Origin: Naegleria gruberi
Lineage: Eukaryota
Strand: one strand, 5' to 3'
NCBI GenBank assembly: GCA_000004985.1
Contig: GG738852.1
DNA length: 64,000 nucleotides
Numbering within the stretch: the stretch's first letter is position 1; each line of letters starts with the position of its first letter. The notes under the pieces were generated by a model. It saw only the letters and a list, made by a program, of their open reading frames with translations, was not told where the DNA came from and did no database searches. A program made the position numbers and the translations under genes. Positions 24,487-34,383 of the stretch are shown piece after piece.

Positions 24487-26109
24487 ATGTCTAGGCCCAA
24501 TCTACTTATTGATGATAGTTCCATGATGGCAAGGGAAACCCCTGTAAGGGAATACGAAGAAGAGGAGAGGACTCTTAATATGGGCTCATCATTCATAAAA
24601 CCATCACCAGTAGTTGCTCCTCAACGATCACCAAGATTTAATGAAGACGGAACAATAATAACTGTTGGAGGAAGGAATAGAGAAAGTAATATTTCTAAAT
24701 ATCCTGATTTGCCAAATTTTGAAATGTATGAATTTGATGAAATGGAAGAAGTGTTGGAGAGAATTATTAAGGAGAATGAATTTGTGGAAGAGGAGTTGTA
24801 TATTTTCGAGGCATTTCTAAAGAAAATGTCGGAAAGGAATGGTGTTGCACAGTCACAAGACAGAGATTTAACGCTCAACTCTAGTGCTATTATTAAAAAC
24901 GAACCAGGATCACAACTAGCAACTCCAACACATAAGGATAAAGTTGAAAAACAAAAACAGCAACAACCAGGAGTGCCTGTTCTGACCTCAGAGTCCATCA
25001 GTGAAATTAGCGACAATAGAATGCAAAGAAGAAAATCCATAGATAATGCTTCAGTTTCATCATTCGATGATGGAAGTGATGACGCCAGTTCTGTGGTCAG
25101 TAGTGGAACAACAGGTACAGGTAAAAAGAAAAAGAAGAGAAGACAAGCAGTTCAAGAATATCAACTAACATACGAAAATAAGATTGAAATTGGTTTGAAA
25201 GCTATTGATATTTTAAGAAACACAATAGAAAAGGAAAATAAGATTTACGAGAAGGAAATTGAGAGCATGAGAGCAAGAGTTCAAGAAGCAGATTTAGAAA
25301 TTGAGGAGGTTGATAAGGAACATTTGGAATTCAGAAAAGAAGTAGTTGAACCAAAAGAGGCTAGAAATCCTAATGACAAGGTACAGCTTGGATCTGCATT
25401 GGCTGCTGAGAAAATTGTACAATATTTCAAAAACAAACAACAACAAAAAGATACACTCCTTCACAAACTAAAATTGAAAATATCTGAAATGAGGAAACAA
25501 GTTGCCAAGTCCAAGACTCAACTTGAAAGTCGAGAACAATCAGGTGATCAACTAACCAAGACTGATTTTGACCAGCTCAAGATTGAAAATGGTCTCATGA
25601 ATAAGAAAATTGATGAAAGAAACAAGGAACTAGTCGATTTAAAGTTGAATACTGGAGCCCTTTTACAAAAGCTGTCGGCCCTCACAGAGAAGTTAAATTT
25701 ACTGAATCAAGACTCAAAACTATTCAACAAGGATATTGAAAAGAGTAAGAATGACCTAGATGCTCTGAAAGAGGAAATTGAGTTTGTTTTAAAGGACAAG
25801 GACATTGAATCGAATAGAAACCAGAAGATGGTTGCTCAACATGAACAAGTTAAGGTCCCTGAAATACTTTCATATATTAAATTGAAAGCCGAGTTGGATA
25901 TGTATAGAAAAGAATTAGCTAATTGGCAACGAAAAGTTGAAATTCAATCAATGAATGAAAGTAATACGAGAAAGAAACTTCAAGGAATGTTCATGTCAGG
26001 AAAGCAAAGGGTTCCTTCAGCTGGATCAACAAAGAGTGAAAGCAGTCTTTCAGGAATCTTGACAACAAATAACCAACTCTCGAGCAAACAACTATTCAAG
26101 AATATGTAA
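24487..26109 (+). CDS. Coiled-coil protein (540 aa); possibly related to the CCDC113/CCDC96 DUF4201 family (weak)
   Basis: Long intronless ORF, heptad-rich throughout. The segment QLKIENGLMNKKIDERNKELVDLKLNTGALL resembles what I recall of DUF4201, from memory only. Confidence 0.55.
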   Translation: MSRPNLLIDDSSMMARETPVREYEEEERTLNMGSSFIKPSPVVAPQRSPRFNEDGTIITVGGRNRESNISKYPDLPNFEMYEFDEMEEVLERIIKENEFVEEELYIFEAFLKKMSERNGVAQSQDRDLTLNSSAIIKNEPGSQLATPTHKDKVEKQKQQQPGVPVLTSESISEISDNRMQRRKSIDNASVSSFDDGSDDASSVVSSGTTGTGKKKKKRRQAVQEYQLTYENKIEIGLKAIDILRNTIEKENKIYEKEIESMRARVQEADLEIEEVDKEHLEFRKEVVEPKEARNPNDKVQLGSALAAEKIVQYFKNKQQQKDTLLHKLKLKISEMRKQVAKSKTQLESREQSGDQLTKTDFDQLKIENGLMNKKIDERNKELVDLKLNTGALLQKLSALTEKLNLLNQDSKLFNKDIEKSKNDLDALKEEIEFVLKDKDIESNRNQKMVAQHEQVKVPEILSYIKLKAELDMYRKELANWQRKVEIQSMNESNTRKKLQGMFMSGKQRVPSAGSTKSESSLSGILTTNNQLSSKQLFKNM

Positions 26110-26149
26110 AAATAATTAACTTTTACCCATTATTTCAGTATTTTACAAT

Positions 26150-26875
26150 TTACTTCTTTCTAAGGAAGGTTGCTCCATCTCCAATAACCTGCATTGATAT
26201 GTCCCATCTTTCATCAGTGTGTAACTGTTCGTTCATTTGTCTTATAATGTCAGTACCAGGAGAATGATCATCCTTGTCCATCACTTTAGTGGACCAAATA
26301 ACATTGTCAATAACCAACAAGCCATTCTGTCTCAATAACTTGTAAGCATACTCAACATATTCAAGTTGGTTATCCTTATCAGCATCAATGTATATGAAAT
26401 CGAATAGTTGTCCTTCCTTTTCAAGTTCCTTAAGAGAATCCAATGCAGGTTGCAAACGAAGATTAATTCTATCACTAACACCAGCCTTTTCCCAGTATGG
26501 TTTTCCAATACTGGTCCACTCTTGAGAAATATCTAAAGTTACTACCTTTCCTCCAACATTTTCACTTGCTAATGCAAAGCTTAGAGCTGAATATCCTGTA
26601 AAGCAACCAATATCAAGAATATTTGAAGCTCCCATCAATTTGATGATCATTTGTAACAATTGAGTTTGTTCTGGAAAGGACAGCATATATCCAGTCAATC
26701 CAAGCTTTTCCATTGTAACTTTTCTCAATTCTTCTAATACTGACTGCTCCCTCATACCAACTTGTCTCACATAGTTCAAGATTGGTTCCTCTACCAAGTA
26801 TCTGTATTTGATTCCTCCAATGTTTAGTGTTGTGCTCATTCTTTTTGATTTGTTATTGTCTTTCCAATAAGTCAT
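26150..26875 (-). CDS. Class I SAM-dependent O-methyltransferase, caffeoyl-CoA O-methyltransferase/COMTD1-like (O-MTase family 3)
   Basis: SAM-binding motif ILDIGCFTGYSALSFA (cf. LEIGVYTGYS). Metal/substrate motif FDFIYIDADKDNQLEY (cf. DFIFVDADKDNY). 241 aa, TAA stop. Confidence 0.85.
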   Translation of the reverse strand: MTYWKDNNKSKRMSTTLNIGGIKYRYLVEEPILNYVRQVGMREQSVLEELRKVTMEKLGLTGYMLSFPEQTQLLQMIIKLMGASNILDIGCFTGYSALSFALASENVGGKVVTLDISQEWTSIGKPYWEKAGVSDRINLRLQPALDSLKELEKEGQLFDFIYIDADKDNQLEYVEYAYKLLRQNGLLVIDNVIWSTKVMDKDDHSPGTDIIRQMNEQLHTDERWDISMQVIGDGATFLRKK

Positions 26876-27427
26876 ACCATTGATTATTTATAGGTCAGTA
26901 TGATCGGCCAGTTTCTTTCTCAATCCTCTCTGGAATCCAATTAGATGAAATGGTCAATTTTGCCAATGTATAAATTAAAGTGCGTCTAAAAAGTCCATTT
27001 CACATGAGATTTGTCTGTACAGAAATTTTTACAATATTAATACTCTCTTTACATGAACCCTTACTCTTTTCTCAATCTGCTTCAATCTCCTCAATAAAAA
27101 AAATCTCAATCAGTAAGAACTTTGCCCTAGCGCTGGAAAGCACGTTGAGTTCTCTTCTCGATAAAAATAGTGCCACCAAAGCTTTGCAAAAAAAAGATTC
27201 TCTTCATCATTCCGTACAAGTCCTGTCTTCTTGAAAAAAGTGGTTGATTTCTCTCTTCAAAAATTTTCATCATCAATATAGACAACAACAACAACAACAC
27301 CTATAATTATATTGACAATAGTTATTATTGATAGAGTGTAAATAATAGTATACTACTAACAAATTTAATATTTTGAGAGGAGGAAACGGAAATTCGTTTT
27401 TTTGATCATCTAGCCTTTTTATTGTGA

Positions 27428-28357
27428 ATGACATCACGACAATTAAGTTTGACCTGTAGTTTTGGGTGCTACTTTATGACTACTCGTTTTGATGAGCAAC
27501 AATGTCTCGGTACATCACTGACAAACAGTGATCACTCTGATAATGGCACAGCAGTTGATAATGTGTCGGTCACTTCTTCTTGTTCTTCCTCATCGTCAAC
27601 TTCCTCGAGTAACAATGATGTTGCAAGTAGTGATAAACAACAGCAAGTGGAACCATTCTATCACAAAATTCAAGAATTGTGCTCTTCAAGCCTACTAAAG
27701 TATAATCATGGAAAATATTATTATGCATTGCAAAGTTTCAATGAGTGTTTATCTATGGTTGAGAAGGAATTATCAAAACAAGGATTAGATTTGAACCATT
27801 CTACATTGGAAACAAATCAACCACAAGACAATACCAAAGCACTATACTTTTCAAATCAACTCTTAGACAACTCGAGTAGTACATGCCTTGTTGAACATAT
27901 CAATGAGGACTTTTTTGCAAACCTTTCCGATACATCACAAAACTATTACCTCTATTTATATTATCAATTGTGTTTCCAATTAGCCAAATGTCACTTTAAG
28001 CTAGGTCAATTAAGCAAGGCTTATTTTTATTTGTATAATATCTGTTCGAGATGTGAGAATATTACAAACGATCTTGAATATTCACTTCTCTTACATGAAG
28101 TAGAGCAAATGGTACTTTTTGATAAAGTGATAGACGATAACAAAACCACCTACAGTGAAGAACTAGAGAACTACAGATCACCAAAGAGGAAAAACTCCCT
28201 ACCAACAAGTAATGTTATACAATCGAGACTCAATCCAGCTATTCCAGCAAGCCACACTATTAATCCCAAATTATATTTCCCCTTAACTTATACTCCTGAA
28301 CAACGAGACGATTGGCAGTCCACATTTATGAAATATCAAAAGAAAGTTTGTAAATAA
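27428..28357 (+). CDS. Hypothetical protein (309 aa)
   Basis: ATG-initiated ORF, Ser-rich N-terminal part, no recognised domain. Confidence 0.45.
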   Translation: MTSRQLSLTCSFGCYFMTTRFDEQQCLGTSLTNSDHSDNGTAVDNVSVTSSCSSSSSTSSSNNDVASSDKQQQVEPFYHKIQELCSSSLLKYNHGKYYYALQSFNECLSMVEKELSKQGLDLNHSTLETNQPQDNTKALYFSNQLLDNSSSTCLVEHINEDFFANLSDTSQNYYLYLYYQLCFQLAKCHFKLGQLSKAYFYLYNICSRCENITNDLEYSLLLHEVEQMVLFDKVIDDNKTTYSEELENYRSPKRKNSLPTSNVIQSRLNPAIPASHTINPKLYFPLTYTPEQRDDWQSTFMKYQKKVCK

Positions 28358-28480
28358 TGTAAAACAATTAATGTAAATAGTATTTGTTTCTCGAATTTTT
28401 TATTCAATTTAGTTCTTCAACAGACAGAGTATAGATACAGAACTAGTAACTTGAATCTTTAAAGAATATGATATTTTATT

Positions 28481-29257
28481 TTACAAACTAGAGATGACAG
28501 AATCAATAACCTTTTCAAAAGTAGCATCACTTTCAGCAGCAATTGAACAAAATTCAATATTAACTGGAATGTTTCTGAATGTACTCCATCCTTCAAAAGT
28601 GAATTCCTTAGATTCAATCAATGGATTTGGTGCTGAGCTTGCATCTTCATCAATAGATTGATGTTGGTGTTTCTTAGTATTGTGAATAGTAATTAATTCC
28701 TTTTCAAGATCTCTCTTAATTTGATTCTTTACATAGAATGAAATATCGGACTTGTTGAAAATAATTGTAATTGCTGGTTTGACTTCATCTGTCAATTTTC
28801 TATCAGTCAAAATATCATATAAAAATCTATATATTTCAGAAAGAAAATAATCTCATTTCTAGTTATATTAAACTTACTCAGCATTTGCAGAAATATCCAA
28901 TTCAGAAGAGTCCAAAACATAAATCAATTGTTTGGTAATTGGTAAATATTCATTGATCAATTGTTTTCTAACTCTGGTAGAACCAGGAATATCAACAACC
29001 TCAATTTCCTTATCAAAGCTCTTATTTCCGAACTTGATTTTTGGAACAAACTTGGCATAATTTTCCTTTACGCTAGTGTGGCTTTGCACAATTTTTCCAT
29101 CCTTCAATTTAAAAAACAAGCATGTTTTTCCTGACTGACACAATCCGGTAATCATCAATGCATTTCCTTTCTTTGTACTCTTTCCCTTCAAAAAGATAAA
29201 AGCAATTGCTACAATCACCAACAATCCGATAATTGCAGTGAGAAGTGTTGCGTCCAT
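28481..29257 (-). CDS. SRPRB: Signal recognition particle receptor beta subunit (SR-beta); 2 exons (29257-28878 and 28826-28481) with a 51-nt intron
   Basis: N-terminal TM anchor (LLTAIIGLLVIVAIAFIFL), G1 motif ITGLCQSGKT, switch II DIPGSTRVR, G4 motif NKSD in the downstream exon. GTAAGT donor overlaps the apparent stop of the upstream track ORF. An atatatag acceptor restores the frame (GA+A=Glu). Confidence 0.75.
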
Positions 29258-29443
29258 TTTTTTTTAATCTATTTTTTATTTGTGTTCAAAGCTTCAAATA
29301 AGTTGTTCTTTGAAAGTGACGTCAATCTTTAGAAATGGTTGAAATTTTGAAACTCTGAATTATTTAATTTAATAAATTTAAAACAATTGATGACGAGTAA
29401 CAAAAGAGAGGAGTGTAAAAGTGAGCACCTAATGTTTGAAAAG

Positions 29444-29455
29444 TAGCGCCAAATT
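29444..29455 (+). promoter_or_regulatory. E2F-like site TAGCGCCAAAT, about 70 bp upstream of the first ATG of the cyclin-like gene
   Basis: GCGCCAAA core (reverse complement of TTTGGCGC). Confidence 0.4.
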
Positions 29456-29519
29456 TTCAAATTTTAAGGTTGAAAAAAATAGGTTGAGTGAGTTATTAAG
29501 TATTGAGAATAAAGGCTTG

Positions 29520-30377
29520 ATGGAAATAGTAACGGTATCTGATTTATCACTTTCCGAAGTGAAGGAAACAATGATTCAACAATGGAACAAACAATATACT
29601 CTGTGGGTTGAGTTTTGCTCTGTGTTTCTTTCCAAGAATACTAAAGTCACCGAATACATTTTACAGTTGTGCAGGAAGAATATTAAATGTAAAAATCCCT
29701 TAATTCATTATCATTCATTATTGATGATGTTTAAGGTATTGAAAAAGTGAGTACATCTAGAATTTCGATTTGTTCAAATGGCCACATTCTTCTTTAGAAA
29801 TTTGACAGAATATGATCCAACCCTCCTCGGATCAACATGTATCAATGTCCAGAGTAAGAGATTTGGAGAGGAAGGAATAGCTTTGGAATCAATTTTAAAT
29901 ACGACCAATAAGTATAGAAGAAAGCATAATTTGAATGAATTGACTGAAGAGAGCGTTAGAGAGTATGAAGTTCAAATTCTTGAAATAATAGAATATGAAA
30001 TCAATACAATATCATTGTTTGATTTTGTAGAGTTGCTCACTGGTTGTGTGTACGACTTGTCTTGCCCTCAAGTTATTCCCTTTGTGAAGGAGAAGTTTAT
30101 AGCGATGGCTTCAAAGCTTTACGATTACTTGTTATTTAAACCAGGTTTCTTGTCTCTCCAAAGAGATCCATGTTTGTTTGCAAGTACATTGATCTTTCTT
30201 TCCTCCAAGATTATAACCTCAAAGAGAAATGAGGCACTCCTGTCATGGCGTAAGTAATTTGTAATCAACTTTCTTAATATTTTGTTTGTCTACGGCTCAG
30301 TTTCTCATTTGTGTGAATGCGAAGTAAAAACAATCGAACAACTTGCTAATGAAATAGAACAACTCATTAAAGATTAA
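29520..30377 (+). CDS. Cyclin-fold-like hypothetical protein; 3 exons (about 29520-29746, 29798-30249, 30301-30377) with two 51-nt introns
   Basis: Track ORFs 29436..29750 and 29778..30257 share one frame and are separated by a single TGA. A GTGAGT donor at 29747 and a tctttag acceptor at 29796-97 remove the TGA and keep the frame (AA+A=Lys, then NLTEYDPT). A second GTAAGT donor overlaps the terminal TAA, and a ggctcag acceptor 51 nt later adds a 25-codon tail. LWVEFCSVFLS resembles the cyclin-box WLVEV motif. Confidence 0.45.
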
Positions 30378-30577
30378 ACCTCTTTCCAACTATCATGTGA
30401 ATCTTGTACCAGAATACAGCATGATTAAAATCGATCTGATAATTAAACAGTGACAACGAGATTGCTTGTCATCAAAACAACCCATCCCAAATCACCATCA
30501 AATGTTTCGTGGCTTGATTTTTAACATCACTCTAAAAAATATCCAAATCCCACCACCTCTTTTTCTCTGTCTAAAAA

Positions 30578-31481
30578 ATGGTAGGTTTTCTCATCAAGAT
30601 TTTGACAATCTAAAACAATATCTAATGCTAATGATGGTGATCATCAACATTCAATATATTGCGATAATCTAATATTAATAACAATAATACTATCATCATC
30701 ATGTTGATGTTAATATTTTTTATTTATTTCATGATGGATTTACAACAACAATAATAACAACTATTTGATGACGTGATGATTACCATAATATTACTGTGGC
30801 TAAACATTCTCTGCTATTTGTTATATTATAGACTACAACTGCTCAACCATACTACGATTGTATCCGTAAATCCCTCGAAGCTGCTTTGTGTCTTGAAAAC
30901 TTCCCATCTCAAGTCATTGAAAGACACAACAAGCCAGAAGTTGAAGTTGGGTACGTGTTAAAGAGTATTTCTAATCATTATTAACAAACCTATTCTACTC
31001 GTTATTTGACAATATATGTTGTGAAATTGTCAATTTGTGGATTAATGATGGCTCATTGTAATACACTTTGGATTTTAATGATATTCAACTAAACAGTACA
31101 AGCAGGGAATTGTTGCTCAACCCAATCATTATCAGCAAGGATAAATTTGATCGTTGCATGATTGAAGGATCAGTCAACTCTGTCAGAATCAGTCTTTCAT
31201 TCAAGAAGAACGACGATGTTGAAAGAATTATCTATAAGCGTTTTATGCACTTTTTGATGCAAAGAGCTGAACAATTCTTAGTTATGAGAAGAAAGCCAGT
31301 CGAAGGATATGATATCAGTTTCCTTGTTACCAACTTCCACATTGAAGATATGTTCAAGCAAAAGTTGATTGATTTCATTATTGGATTCATTGAAGACATT
31401 AACAAGGACATTAACAACATGAAGTTGCAATCAAGTGCTCGTGCTCGTGCTGTTGCCAAGAAGTATCTCGGAGCTTACTAA
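30578..31481 (+). CDS. ARPC4: Arp2/3 complex subunit 4 (ARPC4/Arc19); 3 exons (30578-30580 ATG only, about 30832-30950, about 31097-31481)
   Basis: Exon 3 matches ARPC4 nearly end to end ([56 protein letters not shown]). Exon 2 encodes [40 protein letters not shown], matching human MTATLRPYL...[25 protein letters not shown]|gtaggt donor; gtacgt donor for intron 2; an actaaac branch-like element before the acag acceptor. Confidence 0.85.
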
Positions 31482-31709
31482 ATTATTTAGTGTCAACCAC
31501 CTGTCTGACACAACTTGTAACATTTTAATTAAATTATTTATACATCATACACTTGTAAAATCATTATTTCTCATTCAGTAACTTGTAATTATTCACTATG
31601 ACATTTTGCCACTACTTCGTTTCTGGAAAGGAACATTCAGCTCCACTAGTCTATTATTATCAAAATTGCTGAATCATAACAACAAAAAAATACACTGAAC
31701 ATCATAACA

Positions 31710-32285
31710 ATGCCACCAAAGAAGAATAACAATCCTTCTCTCAACAAGGTCTCAAACAAGACCATTACTGTCGGAAATGTGCAAGGAGAACTTGTATTTA
31801 ATGGTGGATATCTCGGATTGAAGGGTGATCTTGTGGAAAGATGTTTGGACAATTTTCAGGATCAAATCAATGAACACTGTCCAAGCGAATATAAGAAAAA
31901 GAAGGATGACAGAGACAAGACTTCACATCATCACATTACTCTCATGTTAAAGCAAGATATCAAGAAGGCAACTGAATCTCTTAAAGATTCTTATCCATCT
32001 TTGTTACCAGCTGATATTTCTGCTGAAAATGTTACTGTTCAACACTTGTTGGATGCAATGGCAAAGGAAATTGATTTTTCAGAAATTACAGCACTAGGTG
32101 TTGGTAAACAAAAGAAGGCAGCAAATGAAACAGTATATATTGTTGTGGAATGGCCAAGCGCTTCTCACTTTTTGAAAAATGTTAATGCTGACACTAGAGA
32201 TTTCCATATAACTTTAGGATTTAAGGATACAGATATTCATGGAGTTGCAAAAAATAGAATGACATTAGTAAAAAAATCAGAATAA
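31710..32285 (+). CDS. Putative 2H phosphoesterase-superfamily protein (two H-phi-T-phi motifs); hypothetical
   Basis: 191-aa ORF. SHHHITLM near residue 75 and FHITLGF near residue 165, spacing typical of 2H/CPDase-like enzymes. Inference only. Confidence 0.4.
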   Translation: MPPKKNNNPSLNKVSNKTITVGNVQGELVFNGGYLGLKGDLVERCLDNFQDQINEHCPSEYKKKKDDRDKTSHHHITLMLKQDIKKATESLKDSYPSLLPADISAENVTVQHLLDAMAKEIDFSEITALGVGKQKKAANETVYIVVEWPSASHFLKNVNADTRDFHITLGFKDTDIHGVAKNRMTLVKKSE

Positions 32286-32286
32286 T

Positions 32287-34026
32287 TTAATATTGAGGAG
32301 CATAGGTGTTTGATTTTTGCATTTGACTTGGTCTTGAATTGTCGTCATCGTGTCTCTTTCGTTTGTTCTTATCATTTGATCGTGAACCAGAGTGTTTGGA
32401 AGTTTGAGTATTTGGTAATCTCCATTCTTGTAAACATTGATCTCTAATCTTGTTTTGCTTTTCTTGTATTTCCAAATATTTATCTTCAACAGCATTCTTA
32501 ATTCTTTGGAGTGAATTGATTTGAGATTTGGCAATCACAGTATTTGTATCACTCAAATACTTGTTAAACATTTCATCCTTCTCAATGACATTGCAATCGA
32601 CCAATGATTTGATATTTTCACGGTTGGATAATCTAATATTAACGTCAAACAGATAATTTACAATTTGTGGTTGACGTTTTCTTAATCCCTTACAAATGAC
32701 GTATCTTTCAGAGTTGGCAGGTCTAGATGAGAGTGGCTTTACAATCATTACTTTTTCATAATTTTGGTAAAGAATGTACATGAGAGAGGCAGAGAACCAA
32801 GTATTCAAGTCAAACAATTTACAAACAAAAGAACCACCTCTTCTAGTAATCATCAATCCTGTCAAAATTTGACATAATACCAATTGATGAGTGAGGTATT
32901 CTTGAGAATTTTCAACACCATGAACAGAGAAACCACCATCTGCAGTTACAAGAGCAACACCTCTTCCATTAGTTCCTTGGTCAATAGCCTTACTTAGAGC
33001 ACGAATATTTTCATTCTTAGTTATATCACCTGTTCCATCTTCACCATAGTTGACTTCAAAATTGTCATGAGGTGATTCTGGATTGAATCTATTTAATTTC
33101 CAGTCATCTTTCTTATTTTTCAAAGTAAATCCCCAACCCTTAGCTTTATCTGTCTTGAATCTATAATAGAGGTATTCTGTAAAACCTCCAGGTCCAGCAC
33201 AAATATCTGCAAAATAGAGAATACCATTTTCTTCAGGTAATCTGACAAGAGTTGTCAAGTCAGAAATTCTATCAATATTTGCCAATTTAATGGCAGCTCT
33301 ATTTTGGAAAATAGATCTACCAATTCTTTCATATGGATTCGATCTATATCTAGCATCAGTAAATATTTTTTCATCTACAGAATCGAATTGTGATTTCAAA
33401 TCAAAAATTTGTTGAACTTGTTGAACATTAACAAACGGAGATAAATTTCCTTCAACATATTTTTGTCCATTATTATTCATTGAAGCTGATAAATCCAATG
33501 TTGTATTATCAGGTCTTACAATGGAAAACTCTGGTGCATTTTCACTTAATGGTTCAATACAAGTCATCCACGATACATCTTCCTTGTATGGATAATCTGT
33601 CATATCAGGGTCATGTGTTTGAATAGTAAAATGTTCAGGAAGATTTGATGAATAATGAGCAGAAGTATTTGATCCTAAACCTGCTCTTCCTTGTTGTTGT
33701 TGTAATTCAATAGCACTTGCACTTCCTTGATTATTCTTTCCTAAACCTTCTCCAACTTTAAAACCCATCTTTTCCATCATCATCAATACTTTTTGTGAAG
33801 CATTCTTCTTGACCATACTAGTAAATGGATTAGAAATGTGTGATTTTGCAGAAACACGTTCAAAATCAGGATCGTTAGAAAATATATCATGATGATAATT
33901 AGATTCTTCTCCGGAATTATCATACATGGAATTATCTTCTTCTTGATGATCATCATCGTCCTCATCATTGTCGACAAGAGGATTAGAACGTGATGGTGCA
34001 TACATTGATTGCATTGGATCAAACAT
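32287..34026 (-). CDS. Cap-specific mRNA (nucleoside-2'-O-)-methyltransferase, CMTR1-like: G-patch plus RrmJ/FtsJ-type methyltransferase, lacking guanylyltransferase-like and WW domains
   Basis: G-patch MEKMGFKVGEGLGKNNQGSASAIELQQQQGRAGLG. SAM motif FADICAGPGGFTEYL. K-D-K-E tetrad candidates RAAIKLANID / ALVTADGGFSV / VCKLFD / SERYVICKG. Acidic poly-D N-terminus. 579 aa. Confidence 0.75.
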   Translation of the reverse strand: MFDPMQSMYAPSRSNPLVDNDEDDDDHQEEDNSMYDNSGEESNYHHDIFSNDPDFERVSAKSHISNPFTSMVKKNASQKVLMMMEKMGFKVGEGLGKNNQGSASAIELQQQQGRAGLGSNTSAHYSSNLPEHFTIQTHDPDMTDYPYKEDVSWMTCIEPLSENAPEFSIVRPDNTTLDLSASMNNNGQKYVEGNLSPFVNVQQVQQIFDLKSQFDSVDEKIFTDARYRSNPYERIGRSIFQNRAAIKLANIDRISDLTTLVRLPEENGILYFADICAGPGGFTEYLYYRFKTDKAKGWGFTLKNKKDDWKLNRFNPESPHDNFEVNYGEDGTGDITKNENIRALSKAIDQGTNGRGVALVTADGGFSVHGVENSQEYLTHQLVLCQILTGLMITRRGGSFVCKLFDLNTWFSASLMYILYQNYEKVMIVKPLSSRPANSERYVICKGLRKRQPQIVNYLFDVNIRLSNRENIKSLVDCNVIEKDEMFNKYLSDTNTVIAKSQINSLQRIKNAVEDKYLEIQEKQNKIRDQCLQEWRLPNTQTSKHSGSRSNDKNKRKRHDDDNSRPSQMQKSNTYAPQY

Positions 34027-34383
34027 TTTTTTGTTGTTGGTTTTATTTTAAGTTTTTTTGTTTTGCCTTTGTTACAACCACACAAGGTCAATGAATGGAG
34101 TGAATTAATTCAAGGGTCATTCAAAAGAATAATCATGTAGCTACAGAAACTACTAGATAAAGAGCCATTGTCGGTTCAAATAATCATATTCCTATCAAAC
34201 CCACTCAGAGTGGTTGAGTCTGTACTCGGTCAGATACCTTTGAAGATGAAGGGTTCAATCAACTTGTTCCCTTAACTGAATCAACACTAACGTTCATTGC
34301 AAAAGAATTATCGGGAATGTTTGAACACCTTAATCTCTGCTTAGAAATGGAAAAATTCGCAGAAAAAATACCTTATTTTCATC

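Noticed and set aside
29748-29750. In-frame TGA between two same-frame ORFs as stop-codon readthrough, selenocysteine or TGA reassignment
   Set aside because: An exact 51-nt GTGAGT...AG intron removes it in frame. Several confident genes in the window also terminate with TAA or TAG, so there is no sign of a recoded TGA
30581-30831. Box C/D snoRNA in ARPC4 intron 1 (GUGAUGA-like C box at gacgtgatgatta)
   Set aside because: No CUGA D box or terminal stem in the appropriate position
34225-34260. tRNA-like GGGTTCAATC (T-loop-like) with an upstream ctcagagtggttgag D-loop-like string
   Set aside because: The flanking bases do not form a T-stem or acceptor stem; no cloverleaf can be drawn
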